A DNA stretch of 64,000 nucleotides from NCBI GenBank assembly GCA_023379935.1, contig JAMCPD010000002.1, positions 4,411-68,410 on the forward strand. The letters run 5' to 3'. This DNA is from Actinomycetota bacterium. Lineage in GTDB: Bacteria; Actinomycetota; Acidimicrobiia; Acidimicrobiales; JAMCPD01. The notes below the pieces were generated by a model. The model was not told the DNA's origin and searched no databases. It saw only the letters and a list, made by a program, of their open reading frames with translations. Shown here piece by piece: positions 1-10,612 of the stretch. Each line of letters begins with the position of its first letter. Positions within the stretch are counted from its first letter, which is position 1. The translations under genes and the position numbers were made by a program.

Positions 1-1
1 C

Positions 2-502
2 AATATACCTTCCCGCCTGTCGTTTGCTGTCTCATCGTTGGCCGATAGCCGTGTAATCTTGGATCAACCCGGCGCGGAACGCCTTGTCGGCAAAGGAGAC
101 ATGCTTTTCTTACCGGCTTCTTCGAATGTATCCGTAAGGCTGCAAGGACCCTGGGTTTCAGAAGCTGAGGTTCAAGCTGTGGTAACATACTGGGGGAGAC
201 AGGCTAATCCAACTTATGTAGATGAGTTGATGATAGACAGTGATAACATAGATAAGGTTTCACAGACGGGATCAGCCGATCCGTTTGATGATGAGTTGTT
301 GGACAAGGCTATGGAGCTTGTAGTGCGTTCTAATATAGGATCAACCTCTATGTTGCAGAGAAAGCTTAGAGTGGGATTTGCAAGAGCAGGTCGCTTGATG
401 GACTTGTTGGAGCAAAAAGGAGTTGTTGCGCCGGCTAAAGGTTCCAAAGCCAGAGAGGTTTTAATGACTACTGAAGAGTTGGATGCGCTTAACAATACCT
501 AA
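2..502 (+). CDS. ftsK: DNA translocase FtsK/SpoIIIE, C-terminal part (5' end outside window)
   Basis: The frame is open from the window edge ([27 protein letters not shown]). It ends with a gamma-domain-like w[32 protein letters not shown]. Confidence 0.85.
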   Translation, partial: NIPSRLSFAVSSLADSRVILDQPGAERLVGKGDMLFLPASSNVSVRLQGPWVSEAEVQAVVTYWGRQANPTYVDELMIDSDNIDKVSQTGSADPFDDELLDKAMELVVRSNIGSTSMLQRKLRVGFARAGRLMDLLEQKGVVAPAKGSKAREVLMTTEELDALNNT

Positions 503-1736
503 GAAAATGGTTGGGTATCTCTGGCGTATCTTTTTGATCATTGCAACGGTGCTGGTTTTAGCGCTTTCATTTTTGGCGGTTACATCTCCGTTACCGAACA
601 CGAAAGTTGTGATTGCGGTTCCCAAACAGATACGTTTTGCAGGTTCCATACCGGCTATGCCTTGGCCCGAAACAGGGGAGGCTGCTGTATCAGTGCCGGG
701 TATCGGATTTACGGAACAGTCACCCATACAAACTCCGGTTCCCATTGCAAGTGTTACAAAGATGATGACGGCATACATTATATTGAAAGATCATCCATTG
801 ACCCCTGGTGCTACGGGTCCTGAGCTACGTATGACTCAACAGGATGCGTATCGTTTTGGCACTGATACAAGCTTTGATGAAAGTTCGGTTTTTGTGGCAC
901 CCGGCGAGTTATTAAGTGAATATCAGTTGTTGGAGGCGCTGTTGGTTCCCTCTGCCAACAATATAGCTTGGACATTAGCTCGTTGGGATTCGGGATCGGT
1001 TGCGAGATTTGTTGTTAAGATGAATGCTTGGGCAAGAGAACTTGGTATGAATTCTACCCATTATGCAGGACCCAGCGGCTTTAACCCTGCCAGTGTTAGT
1101 ACTCCGGCTGACCAGCTGAAACTTGCGGCAGTTGTTATGGCCAACCCTGTTTTCAGGTCGATAGTGAATATGCAAAGTGTCAATTTACCTATAGCGGGGG
1201 TTGTATCCAACTATAATCCACTGCTTGGCATTGATGGTATAGTGGGAGTCAAGTCGGGTTTTACGCCTCAAGCCAACGGTTGTTTGGTTGCAGCAGCTGA
1301 CACCTCAGTTGGTGGTGTACAAGAGACGGCCATGGCGGCAGCTTTTGGACAACCGGGGTGGTTACCATTGCGTACTGCGGCAAATGCCGATCAAGCTTTG
1401 ATAGATAAGCTAAAGGCCAGCCTAGAGACTGTTCATGTGATTGGGAAAGGTGCTGTTGTGGCACGTATGCTTGTTCCCTGGAAATCAACTCCCGTTCTTC
1501 TTCATGCAGGAAAAGAGGTTTCTCTGGTAGCATTACCCGGGATGAGCGTTGAACTGAGTAAAAGCGCATTACTTACACACGAGGGTCTCACACATGAGGG
1601 GGTTACACACAGGAAGCTCGAAGATATACCTACACTGCATGTGGGCCTTGGTGAACAAGAGTACTCTCTTTCGCTCTATGATAATCACCCCCTAACCGCC
1701 CCATCGTTTCTTTGGCGCTTAAATAGATTTTGGTAA
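483..1736 (+). CDS. D-alanyl-D-alanine carboxypeptidase (serine-type, S11/PBP-like), N-terminal membrane anchor
   Basis: SxxK (SVTK), SxN (SAN) and KSG motifs occur in the correct order, and the N-terminus is hydrophobic. The start is ambiguous (483 or ATG 507). Confidence 0.8.
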   Translation: MRLTIPKKMVGYLWRIFLIIATVLVLALSFLAVTSPLPNTKVVIAVPKQIRFAGSIPAMPWPETGEAAVSVPGIGFTEQSPIQTPVPIASVTKMMTAYIILKDHPLTPGATGPELRMTQQDAYRFGTDTSFDESSVFVAPGELLSEYQLLEALLVPSANNIAWTLARWDSGSVARFVVKMNAWARELGMNSTHYAGPSGFNPASVSTPADQLKLAAVVMANPVFRSIVNMQSVNLPIAGVVSNYNPLLGIDGIVGVKSGFTPQANGCLVAAADTSVGGVQETAMAAAFGQPGWLPLRTAANADQALIDKLKASLETVHVIGKGAVVARMLVPWKSTPVLLHAGKEVSLVALPGMSVELSKSALLTHEGLTHEGVTHRKLEDIPTLHVGLGEQEYSLSLYDNHPLTAPSFLWRLNRFW

Positions 1737-1770
1737 ACTAAAAAGCGCGGGTTTTGGTAAACTGTTTGTC

Positions 1771-2631
1771 ATGTGGTCAAGAGCACCTGCATCATCTGCA
1801 AATTTAGGTCCGGGTTTTGATACTTTGGCGGTAGCTTTGGACCTTTATGTAGAAGTAGAGATCCAAAAGGCAAGGCATTTAAGCGTAAAGGCCACGGGAC
1901 AGGGTTCTGAGTTTATCGACAAGGGAGCATCCCATTTGGCTGCAAGAGTCGCCTTTTTAGTCCTTGGTCATGACAATGTTTCAATTAACATACATTCCGA
2001 CATACCGGTGGCTAAAGGATTGGGTTCTTCGGCTGCGGTAGCTGTTGCTGCTGCTGCTGCGGCCGGTTCAACCGATCCATTGACAGTAGCTGCCATAGTT
2101 GACGGACATCCTGAAAACGCTGCTGCTTCCGCCATGGGAGGTTTAGTTGCTGCTGCAGTACTACACAACGGTCCGAAAGCAATCAACCTGCCTCTTGATC
2201 CTGGTTTAGCCTTTGTGGTACTGGTTCCGGAAAAGACTATCCTGACAGAGAAGGCTCGTCAAGTGCTGCCCAAGACTGTGAGTCTAAGTGATGCCGTATT
2301 CAACTTAGGGCGTATGAACTTACTTTTGGCCGGTTTGGCGGGGAGTTCTTATTTATGCAAGGAAGCAACTGAAGATAGGCTGCATCAAGACTTTCGAGGT
2401 CCGTTATTCCCCGAAGCACCCCAGTTGCTTTCCAGGCTTCTTGCTGGAGGTGCTTTAGCTGTGTGTTGGTCGGGAGCAGGCCCGAGTCTTCTTGGTATTT
2501 GTGAAAAAGCTGCAGCCCAGGAAGTACTCATAGCCGGACGTGATGCATTGAAGCAGCTTAGGTTGAAAGGTAAAGCCATGTTGTTGCATGCCGATATGCA
2601 AGGCGTTATTGTTGCGGATCATCCTCTGTGA
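1771..2631 (+). CDS. thrB: homoserine kinase
   Basis: GHMP kinase motif PVAKGLGSSAAV, N-terminal APASSANLGPGFD, length about 286 aa. Confidence 0.85.
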   Translation: MWSRAPASSANLGPGFDTLAVALDLYVEVEIQKARHLSVKATGQGSEFIDKGASHLAARVAFLVLGHDNVSINIHSDIPVAKGLGSSAAVAVAAAAAAGSTDPLTVAAIVDGHPENAAASAMGGLVAAAVLHNGPKAINLPLDPGLAFVVLVPEKTILTEKARQVLPKTVSLSDAVFNLGRMNLLLAGLAGSSYLCKEATEDRLHQDFRGPLFPEAPQLLSRLLAGGALAVCWSGAGPSLLGICEKAAAQEVLIAGRDALKQLRLKGKAMLLHADMQGVIVADHPL

Positions 2632-4025
2632 GTACTGAGACTTGGCGAGCTACTGAGACTACTGAGACTGTGCGAACTACCGGGCGAACTACCGGAACTT
2701 CCCGGGGGAAGTTTTTCATTCGTACTTTCGGTTGCCAGATGAATGAGCACGATTCAGAACGGTTGGCTCAGATATTTTCTGAAAAGGGTATGGAGCAGAC
2801 TGCATGTATTGATCAAGCAGACCTGGTTATAGTTAATACATGTTGTGTAAGAGAGAATGCCGACAACAAGTTGTATGGATATTTGGGAAGATTGAAGTTT
2901 ATCCGGGAGACAAACCCCAACTTGGTTATTTTAGTAGGGGGGTGTCTTGCGCAAAAGGACAGTCAACTCATAGCGGCAAAGGCACCGTTTGTGGATGCAG
3001 TTTTTGGTACTCACAATCTGCACCGTGCGTATGATCTGTTTGAACTTGCACAGTCCAATCCAGCCAAACCCGTAGTCGAGATATGGGACGCTCAAGATGA
3101 GTGGTGGGCACCCTCACCGAAAAGCAAGTCTCCCTGGTCGGCGTGGGTTACGATACAGGTGGGATGCAACAACTCTTGCACATTTTGCATAGTCCCTTTT
3201 GTACGTGGGGCAGAAGTAAGCAAACCTTTGGATACGATAGTTGACGAGGTCAGTTCTTTGGCATCCGAGGGAGTAGTTGAGGTTACTTTACTTGGTCAAA
3301 ATGTCAATTCGTATGGTAGGGATATTACCAAGAGAAAACCGTTGTTTGATCAACTGCTTAAAGCGGTAGGGAGTATAAATGGTATACAAAGGATTCGTTT
3401 TACCAGTCCCCATCCGAAGGACATTTCGCACTCGACGATTCGCGCTATGGCTGATACCCCTTCAGTATGCGAGCATTTACATTTGCCCCTCCAATCCGGA
3501 AGTAATCGTATTCTAGCTGCCATGCACAGGGGATATACGAGAGAAAGATATATCGAGCGGCTTAGCGATGCACGACAGGCCATCAGTGATCTGGCGGTTA
3601 CAACTGACATAATAGTTGGTTTCCCAACTGAGACGGAAAAAGATTTTGAGGAAACTTTAGAGGTGGTGGCTGAGGCTGAATATGATGGTGCTTACTCTTT
3701 TATCTTTTCACCCAGACCGGCTACCAAAGCAGCTGAAATGGACGGTGATTTTGTTCCGCCGGAGGTATGTTTAAGTCGTTATGAGAGGCTGCAGGTTGTC
3801 CTCTCACATTCCAGCTACAAAAAGCATCATGAACGCGTGGGAAGGCTTGAAGAAGTCTTAGTTGAAGGTCGTTCCCAACGTAACCCCAACTTGTTCACCG
3901 GTAGAACCAGGCAGAACAAGCTGGTACACTTTGGTGGGGATGATCTTGTAACCGCCGGTTCAACCCTTTTGGTACGTATAACTGATGCCACGTCGCATTA
4001 CTTGTTGGGAGAGCAGGAAAAATGA
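2628..4025 (+). CDS. miaB: tRNA-i6A37 methylthiotransferase MiaB
   Basis: FFIRTFGCQMNEHDSE in the UPF0004 domain, radical-SAM CNNSCTFC, TRAM-like C-terminus. The GTGA start overlaps the thrB stop. An alternative GTG at 2670 follows a short-tandem-repeat leader. Confidence 0.9.
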   Translation: MSTETWRATETTETVRTTGRTTGTSRGKFFIRTFGCQMNEHDSERLAQIFSEKGMEQTACIDQADLVIVNTCCVRENADNKLYGYLGRLKFIRETNPNLVILVGGCLAQKDSQLIAAKAPFVDAVFGTHNLHRAYDLFELAQSNPAKPVVEIWDAQDEWWAPSPKSKSPWSAWVTIQVGCNNSCTFCIVPFVRGAEVSKPLDTIVDEVSSLASEGVVEVTLLGQNVNSYGRDITKRKPLFDQLLKAVGSINGIQRIRFTSPHPKDISHSTIRAMADTPSVCEHLHLPLQSGSNRILAAMHRGYTRERYIERLSDARQAISDLAVTTDIIVGFPTETEKDFEETLEVVAEAEYDGAYSFIFSPRPATKAAEMDGDFVPPEVCLSRYERLQVVLSHSSYKKHHERVGRLEEVLVEGRSQRNPNLFTGRTRQNKLVHFGGDDLVTAGSTLLVRITDATSHYLLGEQEK

Positions 4026-4957
4026 GTCGGCGCTTTGTTTTACTTGGGCCCACGGCATCAGGGAAATCTGAAATAGCCATGGATATTGCTCGAGTGAATA
4101 GCAATATTGAACTGGTGTATGCAGACTCTATGTGTGTTTATAAAGGTATGGATATAGGTACCGCCAAACCTACTTTAAAAATGCGCTCTCAAGTTCCGCA
4201 TCACTTATTGGATCTTGTGGAGGTAAGCGAGGAGTTTTCTGTCAGCGAGTTCCAGCAACAGGCTTTTACCGCCATAAAGGAGATAGAAGATAGAGGCCAT
4301 ACGGCTGTTATTGTCGGAGGTACCGGTTTATATATAAGAGCCATTGTTGATAAGCTCAACATACCTCCGCGTTTTCCTGAGATTACCGCAGAACTTGAAC
4401 AAGAACCAAAACTGTTCCGCCTCTACGGGTTGCTTTGCGAGTTAGATCCCCTAGCGGCAGAGCGGATAAATCCCCTTAACAGGCGGAGAATAACAAGGGC
4501 ACTTGAAGTTGTATTGGGAACGGGCAAGCCCTTTTCCTCTTTTGGGCCGGGATTAGACAGTTACACACCTAACCCTGATTTTACGATGTTGGGTATATCT
4601 CTTAATACGGATGAACTGAAAAAACGTATAGAGGAACGGTTGAAACACCAGTTCGAAGCGGGTCTGTTGGCTGAAGTGATCTCACTTGTCGGTAGGGTTG
4701 ACAAGCTTTCACGAACTGCCCGTCAAGCATTGGGATACAAGGAACTCCTTGACTGGTTGGGATACGAAGATACCTTGGCTTTCCGCCAGGATCAGGTGGA
4801 CCTAATACCACAAGAGGTGATCGGGCTGATATTAAGGCGGACCAAAGAGTTTGCTCGACGACAAATGGCCTGGTTTCGCAGGGATAACCGGATCAACTGG
4901 GTAGCTTCGGCAGACCAAGCCGTAGCGTCCTTCGAATCTTTCCTGAGAGCGGCTTGA
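4022..4957 (+). CDS. miaA: tRNA dimethylallyltransferase MiaA
   Basis: P-loop LLGPTASGKSEIA, IPPT-family length, ATGA overlap with miaB. Confidence 0.9.
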   Translation: MSRRFVLLGPTASGKSEIAMDIARVNSNIELVYADSMCVYKGMDIGTAKPTLKMRSQVPHHLLDLVEVSEEFSVSEFQQQAFTAIKEIEDRGHTAVIVGGTGLYIRAIVDKLNIPPRFPEITAELEQEPKLFRLYGLLCELDPLAAERINPLNRRRITRALEVVLGTGKPFSSFGPGLDSYTPNPDFTMLGISLNTDELKKRIEERLKHQFEAGLLAEVISLVGRVDKLSRTARQALGYKELLDWLGYEDTLAFRQDQVDLIPQEVIGLILRRTKEFARRQMAWFRRDNRINWVASADQAVASFESFLRAA

Positions 4958-5982
4958 AAGACGATGAGAACTTTCACGGTAAAATGATTCACCTTACAAA
5001 ACATCATGGACTTGGCAATGACTTTCTCGTGCTGATTGATTTGGAAGACAGACTGCACCTTAGCACTGATCAGATAAGTATCTTATGTGATCGTCATATG
5101 GGTGTTGGAGCTGATGGTTTAATACGTGTCTTGAAGGGTGACGGATATAGCAACAGACAAGTCCAGGGTGACAGCATCGAAGGCGGAGAAGCTGGCCAGA
5201 GTACGAGAGTTATTGAGGATGCCAAGGTGGCAATGTGCTTGTACAATGCTGACGGGAAAGAGGCTGAAATCAGTGGAAACGGTTTGGCATGTTTGGCCCA
5301 GGCTGTTTTAGATGCGGGGCTGGTATCGCCAAGTGAGTTCTTAGTTACAACAGCTGCCGGGGTGCGCAAAGTGTCGGCTAAGCCGAGTGATACCCCTTTT
5401 GAGTACAGAGTGAAACTTCAAATGGGTGAAGTTTCACTGCAAGACATGCCCGAATTAGTGAATCCGCTTGGGGCCGCATTGGCGGATCAGCCTGACTGCA
5501 TTGAAATCTTACAGTTTTGCCGGGCTGATGTGGGCAATCCTCATTTGATAGCACTGACAAAGGATGCAAGAGGTATTAATCTTTTATCTGACACCATGAT
5601 AGTGCTGCGGTTGCTTGATGCCAAGGGTATTGACCGACAGGTGAACCTTGAGTTCATATCTATTGGTGAAAAATCCGATGAAATAGAGATGAAAGTGTTT
5701 GAAAGAGGAGTTGGTGAAAGTCTGGCTTGCGGGACCGGAAGTTGCGCAGCGGCGGCAGCGGCCCATATGTGGGGACATGTCGGCACTGATGTTGTTGTAA
5801 ACAACCCCGGTGGAGTACTTCACGTAGAATTGACACCGCTTCCATCTCAAGGGGGTGCTACCGCGGCAAGAGTATTTCAGGCAGTACTTGACACAACAGC
5901 CAAAAAGGTTGCCGATATAGAGGTCGATCCGAATGCTTTGAAACGCTTCGGTGTGAGATCTTTTGGACAGGGAGTCCTTTAA
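4954..5982 (+). CDS. dapF: diaminopimelate epimerase
   Basis: HGLGNDFLVL, SGNGLAC (first catalytic Cys), GNPH, ACGTGSCA (second catalytic Cys). Confidence 0.85.
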   Translation: MKDDENFHGKMIHLTKHHGLGNDFLVLIDLEDRLHLSTDQISILCDRHMGVGADGLIRVLKGDGYSNRQVQGDSIEGGEAGQSTRVIEDAKVAMCLYNADGKEAEISGNGLACLAQAVLDAGLVSPSEFLVTTAAGVRKVSAKPSDTPFEYRVKLQMGEVSLQDMPELVNPLGAALADQPDCIEILQFCRADVGNPHLIALTKDARGINLLSDTMIVLRLLDAKGIDRQVNLEFISIGEKSDEIEMKVFERGVGESLACGTGSCAAAAAAHMWGHVGTDVVVNNPGGVLHVELTPLPSQGGATAARVFQAVLDTTAKKVADIEVDPNALKRFGVRSFGQGVL

Positions 5983-5987
5983 TCACT

Positions 5988-7196
5988 GTGGCTTTAATAG
6001 AGCGGACATTTAGGGAGCGTATAGTGTTGGTAGGGGTTGCTTTGAAGTGGCAAAAGCTCTCTTTTGTAGAGGCCAATTTGGATGAACTCAAGGATCTGGT
6101 CAATACTGCTGGCGCGGATGTGGTGGCGCGGACTTTGCAACATAGAGATGTCCCCGATCCCGCCACTTATCTCGGTAAGGGCAAAGTTGCACAGCTGTAT
6201 GAAGTTTGTGAATCGTTGGACGCGGATACCGTAGTCTTCGATGACGAGCTTACCCCTGTTCAGCAACGTAATCTGGAGAAGCTGCTTGGGCGCACCGCTA
6301 TAGACCGCACGGCGGTGATACTAGACATTTTTGCTCAAAATGCCCGCAGTGAAGAGGGTAAGGCTCAGGTGGAGCTGGCTTTAGTACGCTATATTCTTCC
6401 CCGCCTCAAGGGTAAGGGCGTGGCTTTCAGCCAGCAAGCAGGCGGGATCGGGACGAGAGGACCAGGCGAGACCCAGCTTGAGGTTGATCGTCGTAGATTG
6501 GAAAGACGCACCAAACAGTTGGAGGCCAATCTGTCTCATCTGAGTAAAGTGAGAAAAACCCAAAGGCGGGCCAGAAAGCGTTCCAACTACAAGACGATTG
6601 CACTGGTTGGATATACCAACACAGGGAAGTCCACTTTGCTGAACCGGCTGACCAAAGCCGATGTGTTGGTTGAGGACAGACTGTTTGCCACTTTAGATCC
6701 GCGTACCCGTAAACTATGGCTTGAAGACTACGGTACTGTTTTGTGTTCAGACACGGTTGGTTTTATACGTAAGCTACCGCATCAGCTGGTTCAAGCGTTC
6801 CACTCTACTTTAGAGGTGGTCACCGAGTCGGACTTGTTGCTTCATGTGGTGGATGTATCTTGTCCGTCACCACAAGCACAGATTGCAGCAGTAAGAGAAG
6901 TGTTGGCTGAAATAGAGGCCGATCAGGTACCGGAGTTAATCGTTTTCAACAAGATTGATGCTTTTATGGATCAGGAGTCAATTCCGCCGACTCGCGTGGT
7001 TAACAATGGTGAAGGCTTGGAGGATATCATCAGTACATGCGATGTCGGCTTGGGTGGTTACGTCTGCATGTCGGCAATCAAGGGCTGGGGGCTTGGGGAA
7101 CTGAGGTCTTCCATAAAAGAGAGGCTTGGTTCTGTAGACAGAGTTTTCGCAAATCAGAATGGGAACGGATTGGATGATGTGTATGTATCAGGATAG
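5988..7196 (+). CDS. hflX: GTPase HflX
   Basis: G1 GYTNTGKSTL, G3 DTVGF, G4 NKID. The HflX N-terminal domain carries GPGETQLE. Confidence 0.9.
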   Translation: MALIERTFRERIVLVGVALKWQKLSFVEANLDELKDLVNTAGADVVARTLQHRDVPDPATYLGKGKVAQLYEVCESLDADTVVFDDELTPVQQRNLEKLLGRTAIDRTAVILDIFAQNARSEEGKAQVELALVRYILPRLKGKGVAFSQQAGGIGTRGPGETQLEVDRRRLERRTKQLEANLSHLSKVRKTQRRARKRSNYKTIALVGYTNTGKSTLLNRLTKADVLVEDRLFATLDPRTRKLWLEDYGTVLCSDTVGFIRKLPHQLVQAFHSTLEVVTESDLLLHVVDVSCPSPQAQIAAVREVLAEIEADQVPELIVFNKIDAFMDQESIPPTRVVNNGEGLEDIISTCDVGLGGYVCMSAIKGWGLGELRSSIKERLGSVDRVFANQNGNGLDDVYVSG

Positions 7197-8418
7197 TTGG
7201 CCGGTTTATCCATACGACCGCCTTGAACAGCTTCGGCTGTCGGCATCAAGTTTTGACGAGGGTGTTATAGATCTTTCGGTAGGCACTCCTTATGACCTTT
7301 TACCTACGAAAGTAATGGATGCATTGGCGGCATCTAATTCCGCTAACGGTTACCCTTTCTCACAGGGTAGTGTTGCCGTCAGAAAGGCCGCGGCGGATTG
7401 GATGAAAAGACGTTTTGAGGTTGTTGTTGACCCGCAGTTTGTAGGCATGTGTATTGGTGCCAAGGAGTTCATTGCTTCTCTGCCGCGCTTTTTAAAGCTT
7501 GCTTGGCCAGATAAGGATACAGTTTTGTATCCTGAAGTTTCTTACCCCACCTATGCCGATAGTGCTCGCCTTGCCGGGTTGCGCTCAATATCAATACCGG
7601 TTTACACAGTCGAAGAAGGCAAGGTTGTAGGGAAAACAGGGGAGGGGCTTTCCGGTAAAATTGTTGAAACAGCTCTCAAGCCGGAAGACAAGGAGGTTGT
7701 CGAACTTGATTTGAGCCACCTTGATCAACAAGATATACAAAGGGCGCTTGTGCTTTGGGTAAACAGCCCGAACAATCCCACCGGGAAAATCTGCAATTTA
7801 GACAGCGTTGTTGAGTGGGGGGACAAGAACAATGTTTTGATTGCAAGTGATGAATGTTATGTGGAGTTTACTTGGGACAGGCCGCCTTCAAGTATTATTC
7901 AAAACCCAACCGGTTTTGCCAACCAGACAGGTCATAAAGATATGACAGGTGTATTGTCCATCCACTCTCTTTCTAAGCGTTCCAACGCGGCAGGACTGCG
8001 TGCCGCATTTTACACGGGGGATGCCGAGCTGGTTACCTGGCTCGTCAAAATGCGCAAGTTTGCCGGTCTCATGGTTCCCGGACCGGTCCAAGATGCTGCC
8101 CAAGTTGCGCTGGAGGATGATAGTCATGTAGAGACACAAAGGTCGCGCTATTTAGAAAGGCTAAATAAGCTGATTGAAATATTGGGCGATATAGGGGTGG
8201 AAGCCAAGATGCCGCAGGGTGGTTTTTATCTGTGGGTTGATGTTGGAGACGGTTGGGGTTTTACAAAATGGCTGGCGACCACCGGTGGAGCACTGGTTAG
8301 CCCCGGGGAGTTTTATTCTGCTGACGCCTTGAACATGGTGCGTGTGGCGGCGGTTCAACCTCTTGAGAATTTGGATATATTGGCGATGAGATTGAAAGGT
8401 TCTAAATGGCGGAAGTAG
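7159..8418 (+). CDS. dapC: succinyldiaminopimelate aminotransferase (class I PLP aminotransferase)
   Basis: PLP-lysine motif SLSKRSNAAGLR, NSPNNPTG, adjacent to dapD/dapE. The start is uncertain (7159 or ATG 7183). Confidence 0.7.
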   Translation: MGTDWMMCMYQDSWPVYPYDRLEQLRLSASSFDEGVIDLSVGTPYDLLPTKVMDALAASNSANGYPFSQGSVAVRKAAADWMKRRFEVVVDPQFVGMCIGAKEFIASLPRFLKLAWPDKDTVLYPEVSYPTYADSARLAGLRSISIPVYTVEEGKVVGKTGEGLSGKIVETALKPEDKEVVELDLSHLDQQDIQRALVLWVNSPNNPTGKICNLDSVVEWGDKNNVLIASDECYVEFTWDRPPSSIIQNPTGFANQTGHKDMTGVLSIHSLSKRSNAAGLRAAFYTGDAELVTWLVKMRKFAGLMVPGPVQDAAQVALEDDSHVETQRSRYLERLNKLIEILGDIGVEAKMPQGGFYLWVDVGDGWGFTKWLATTGGALVSPGEFYSADALNMVRVAAVQPLENLDILAMRLKGSKWRK

Positions 8419-9284
8419 CGGACAACATGGCCCACATAGGGGAACTAAAAGCAGCGATAGAGGATATTTGGGAGAGAAAAGACTCCCTACCCCAAACAGG
8501 CGCTGGGGCTGATGAGGCTTTGGGGCATATAGACAAGGTTATAAGACTTTTGGACTTGGGTAAGTTGAGAGTTGCTGATGTGATAAAAGGATCCAGTGAA
8601 GAGCTGGGCAGGGTAGTGGTACATCAATGGGTGAAAAAAGCGATCTTACTGCAGTTCAAACTGGCTGCTGCTTGGGTTGAACATATGGGACCTTTTGAGT
8701 ATTACGATAAAATACCCTTGAAGCGTGACTACTCCGCATTGGGAGTCAGGGTTGTGCCCGGAGCTTTGGCCAGGTATGGTTCTTATCTGGCCAAAGGAGT
8801 GGTTATGATGCCCAGTTATGTCAACATAGGAGCTTGGGTTGGAGCTGACACCATGATAGATACCTGGGCCACTGTGGGCTCTTGTGCCCAAATAGGGCAG
8901 CGGGTTCACTTAGCCGGAGGCGTAGGAATAGGAGGAGTGTTGGAGCCGCCCCAGGCTCAACCGGTAGTGGTGGAGGATGACGCTTTTATAGGCAGCAGAT
9001 CTATGGTGACTGAAGGAGCGCATATAGGGCAAGGAGCAGTAGTTGGGGCGGGAGTGATCATCAACCCTTCCATAGCGGTAATAGATGGGACGAGTGGAAA
9101 GGAGCTAGGGAAAGGGGTAGTTCCGCCCTGGTGCGTGGCTGTTGGTGCTTATAGACCAAGAGAATATCCAGGTGGTGAATTTTACTTACCGTGTGTCCTT
9201 GTTATAAAACATCTTGAACCAGGTGTTAGGCATGATAAAGTCGAACTTAATGAGTTTTTACGAAATCAAGGTGTAGCTAAATGA
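8406..9284 (+). CDS. dapD: 2,3,4,5-tetrahydropyridine-2,6-dicarboxylate N-succinyltransferase
   Basis: Left-handed beta-helix hexapeptide repeats (GAWVGADTMIDTWATVGSCAQIGQRVHLAGGVGIGG), dap gene context. Confidence 0.8.
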   Translation: MAEVADNMAHIGELKAAIEDIWERKDSLPQTGAGADEALGHIDKVIRLLDLGKLRVADVIKGSSEELGRVVVHQWVKKAILLQFKLAAAWVEHMGPFEYYDKIPLKRDYSALGVRVVPGALARYGSYLAKGVVMMPSYVNIGAWVGADTMIDTWATVGSCAQIGQRVHLAGGVGIGGVLEPPQAQPVVVEDDAFIGSRSMVTEGAHIGQGAVVGAGVIINPSIAVIDGTSGKELGKGVVPPWCVAVGAYRPREYPGGEFYLPCVLVIKHLEPGVRHDKVELNEFLRNQGVAK

Positions 9285-9303
9285 GTTTATCGTCGTATCG
9301 ACT

Positions 9304-10422
9304 GTGCCAGCAGATCCCAAAGTGAAACCACTTTCTGAGTTGACGGTAGCTTTAGTCGGTATTTCCTCCATAAGCGGGAATGAGGATCAAATAGCCTCTT
9401 TTGTCTATGACAAGCTGGTCAAATGCCCATGGCTTGATGTTTTGAGAATTGAGAACAACGTGGTTGCCAGGACTAACTTTGGCAGGAAACATCGTATTAT
9501 ATTAGCGGGGCATTTGGACACCGTTCCTCCGAGTCCGCCTACAACTCCACTTTCATCTGACGATAATACGGGTGCAGACAGTGCAAGGGTGGATAATCGG
9601 GAGATTTACGGACTTGGAGTTGTTGATGCCAAGGGCGGCATAGCCATTATGATAAATCTCGCCACCGAAGAGCAAACCCCTTCGGTTGATGTTACTTATA
9701 TTTTTTACGCATGTGAGGAAATTGGCCGTGAATATAATGGATTGCATAAGATGCTGGCGGCTTACCCGGACTTGTTTGCCGGCGATGCCGCTATTTTGAC
9801 TGAACCGACTGGAGGTATTGTCGAGGCAGGTTGCCAGGGCACACTTCAAATTTTTCTTAGCATGAGGGGCAAACGCGCGCATACCGCAAGACCATCCAAG
9901 GGTGTAAATGCCATACATCGAGCGGGTGAAGTGATCGGCTTGATCAATGCCTATAAGCCGCGTATTTGTGTTTTGGATGGATGTCAATATACAGAGGCGT
10001 TGCAAGTGGTGAATATACAAGGGGGCATAGCGGGTAACGTGGTTCCCGATCTGGTAACGCTGGCGATTAATCATCGTTTTGCACCCGATAAGAACAGCAA
10101 ACAAGCTCTTGAGTTTTTAGAAGGTTTTTTGGAACCTGCGATGGACACCTCCTTTGGAGACAGGATTGAAGTAGTTGATCTGGCTGAGCCTGCACCCCCC
10201 AACCTAGCCAACTCATTGCTTTCCGATGTGGTAGCTGTCAGCGGTGCCAAACCAAGAGCCAAACTGGGATGGACTGATGTCGCCACATTCCATAGCATTG
10301 GGATACCGGCTTGCAACTTAGGACCGGGAGATCCCGAGCTTGCTCATTCCGGCAAAGAACACCTCCCCATCAAGGATTTGGATAAAACAAACTCCTTGTT
10401 TAAGTCGTTGTTAAACAGTTAA
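9304..10422 (+). CDS. dapE: succinyl-diaminopimelate desuccinylase (M20 peptidase)
   Basis: M20 motifs ILAGHLDTVP and ACEEIG, dap context. The last codons lie inside direct repeat copy 1. Confidence 0.8.
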   Translation: MPADPKVKPLSELTVALVGISSISGNEDQIASFVYDKLVKCPWLDVLRIENNVVARTNFGRKHRIILAGHLDTVPPSPPTTPLSSDDNTGADSARVDNREIYGLGVVDAKGGIAIMINLATEEQTPSVDVTYIFYACEEIGREYNGLHKMLAAYPDLFAGDAAILTEPTGGIVEAGCQGTLQIFLSMRGKRAHTARPSKGVNAIHRAGEVIGLINAYKPRICVLDGCQYTEALQVVNIQGGIAGNVVPDLVTLAINHRFAPDKNSKQALEFLEGFLEPAMDTSFGDRIEVVDLAEPAPPNLANSLLSDVVAVSGAKPRAKLGWTDVATFHSIGIPACNLGPGDPELAHSGKEHLPIKDLDKTNSLFKSLLNS

Positions 10423-10455
10423 GGTCTGATGTATCCGCTCGAGTATTTTGTGTTC
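10394..10455. repeat. 62-bp direct repeat, left copy (island boundary)
   Basis: ccttgtttaagtcgttgttaaacagttaaggtctgatgtatccgctcgagtattttgtgttc matches 15553-15614 at 58 of 62 positions. Confidence 0.9.
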
Positions 10456-10612
10456 AACCCATCTTCGGCGATTTTCATAAACTTTCAGTGAAGTTATCCG
10501 ATTCTACGCACATGCATGGGAAATTGAATGAGTGTTATTTGTCAGGTATTGCGAGGAAGTGTGTTTCAAAGCTTGGTTTTAAGCAAGGTAGGATATAAGA
10601 AATCGTTCTTGG

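Noticed and set aside
1728-1763. A 12-bp direct repeat ttttggtaaact (1728-1739 and 1752-1763) spanning the carboxypeptidase stop and the thrB leader.
   Set aside because: There are only two short copies, so it is plausibly a chance or slippage duplication. Nothing else supports a regulatory role.
9553-10104. A 183-aa ORF antisense to dapE. Similar antisense ORFs occur at 49382-50074 (230 aa) and 52881-53477 (198 aa).
   Set aside because: Each is fully embedded opposite a gene with strong family motifs (M20 peptidase; helicase/hydrolase; Ddl). Their translations show no motifs and have odd composition.
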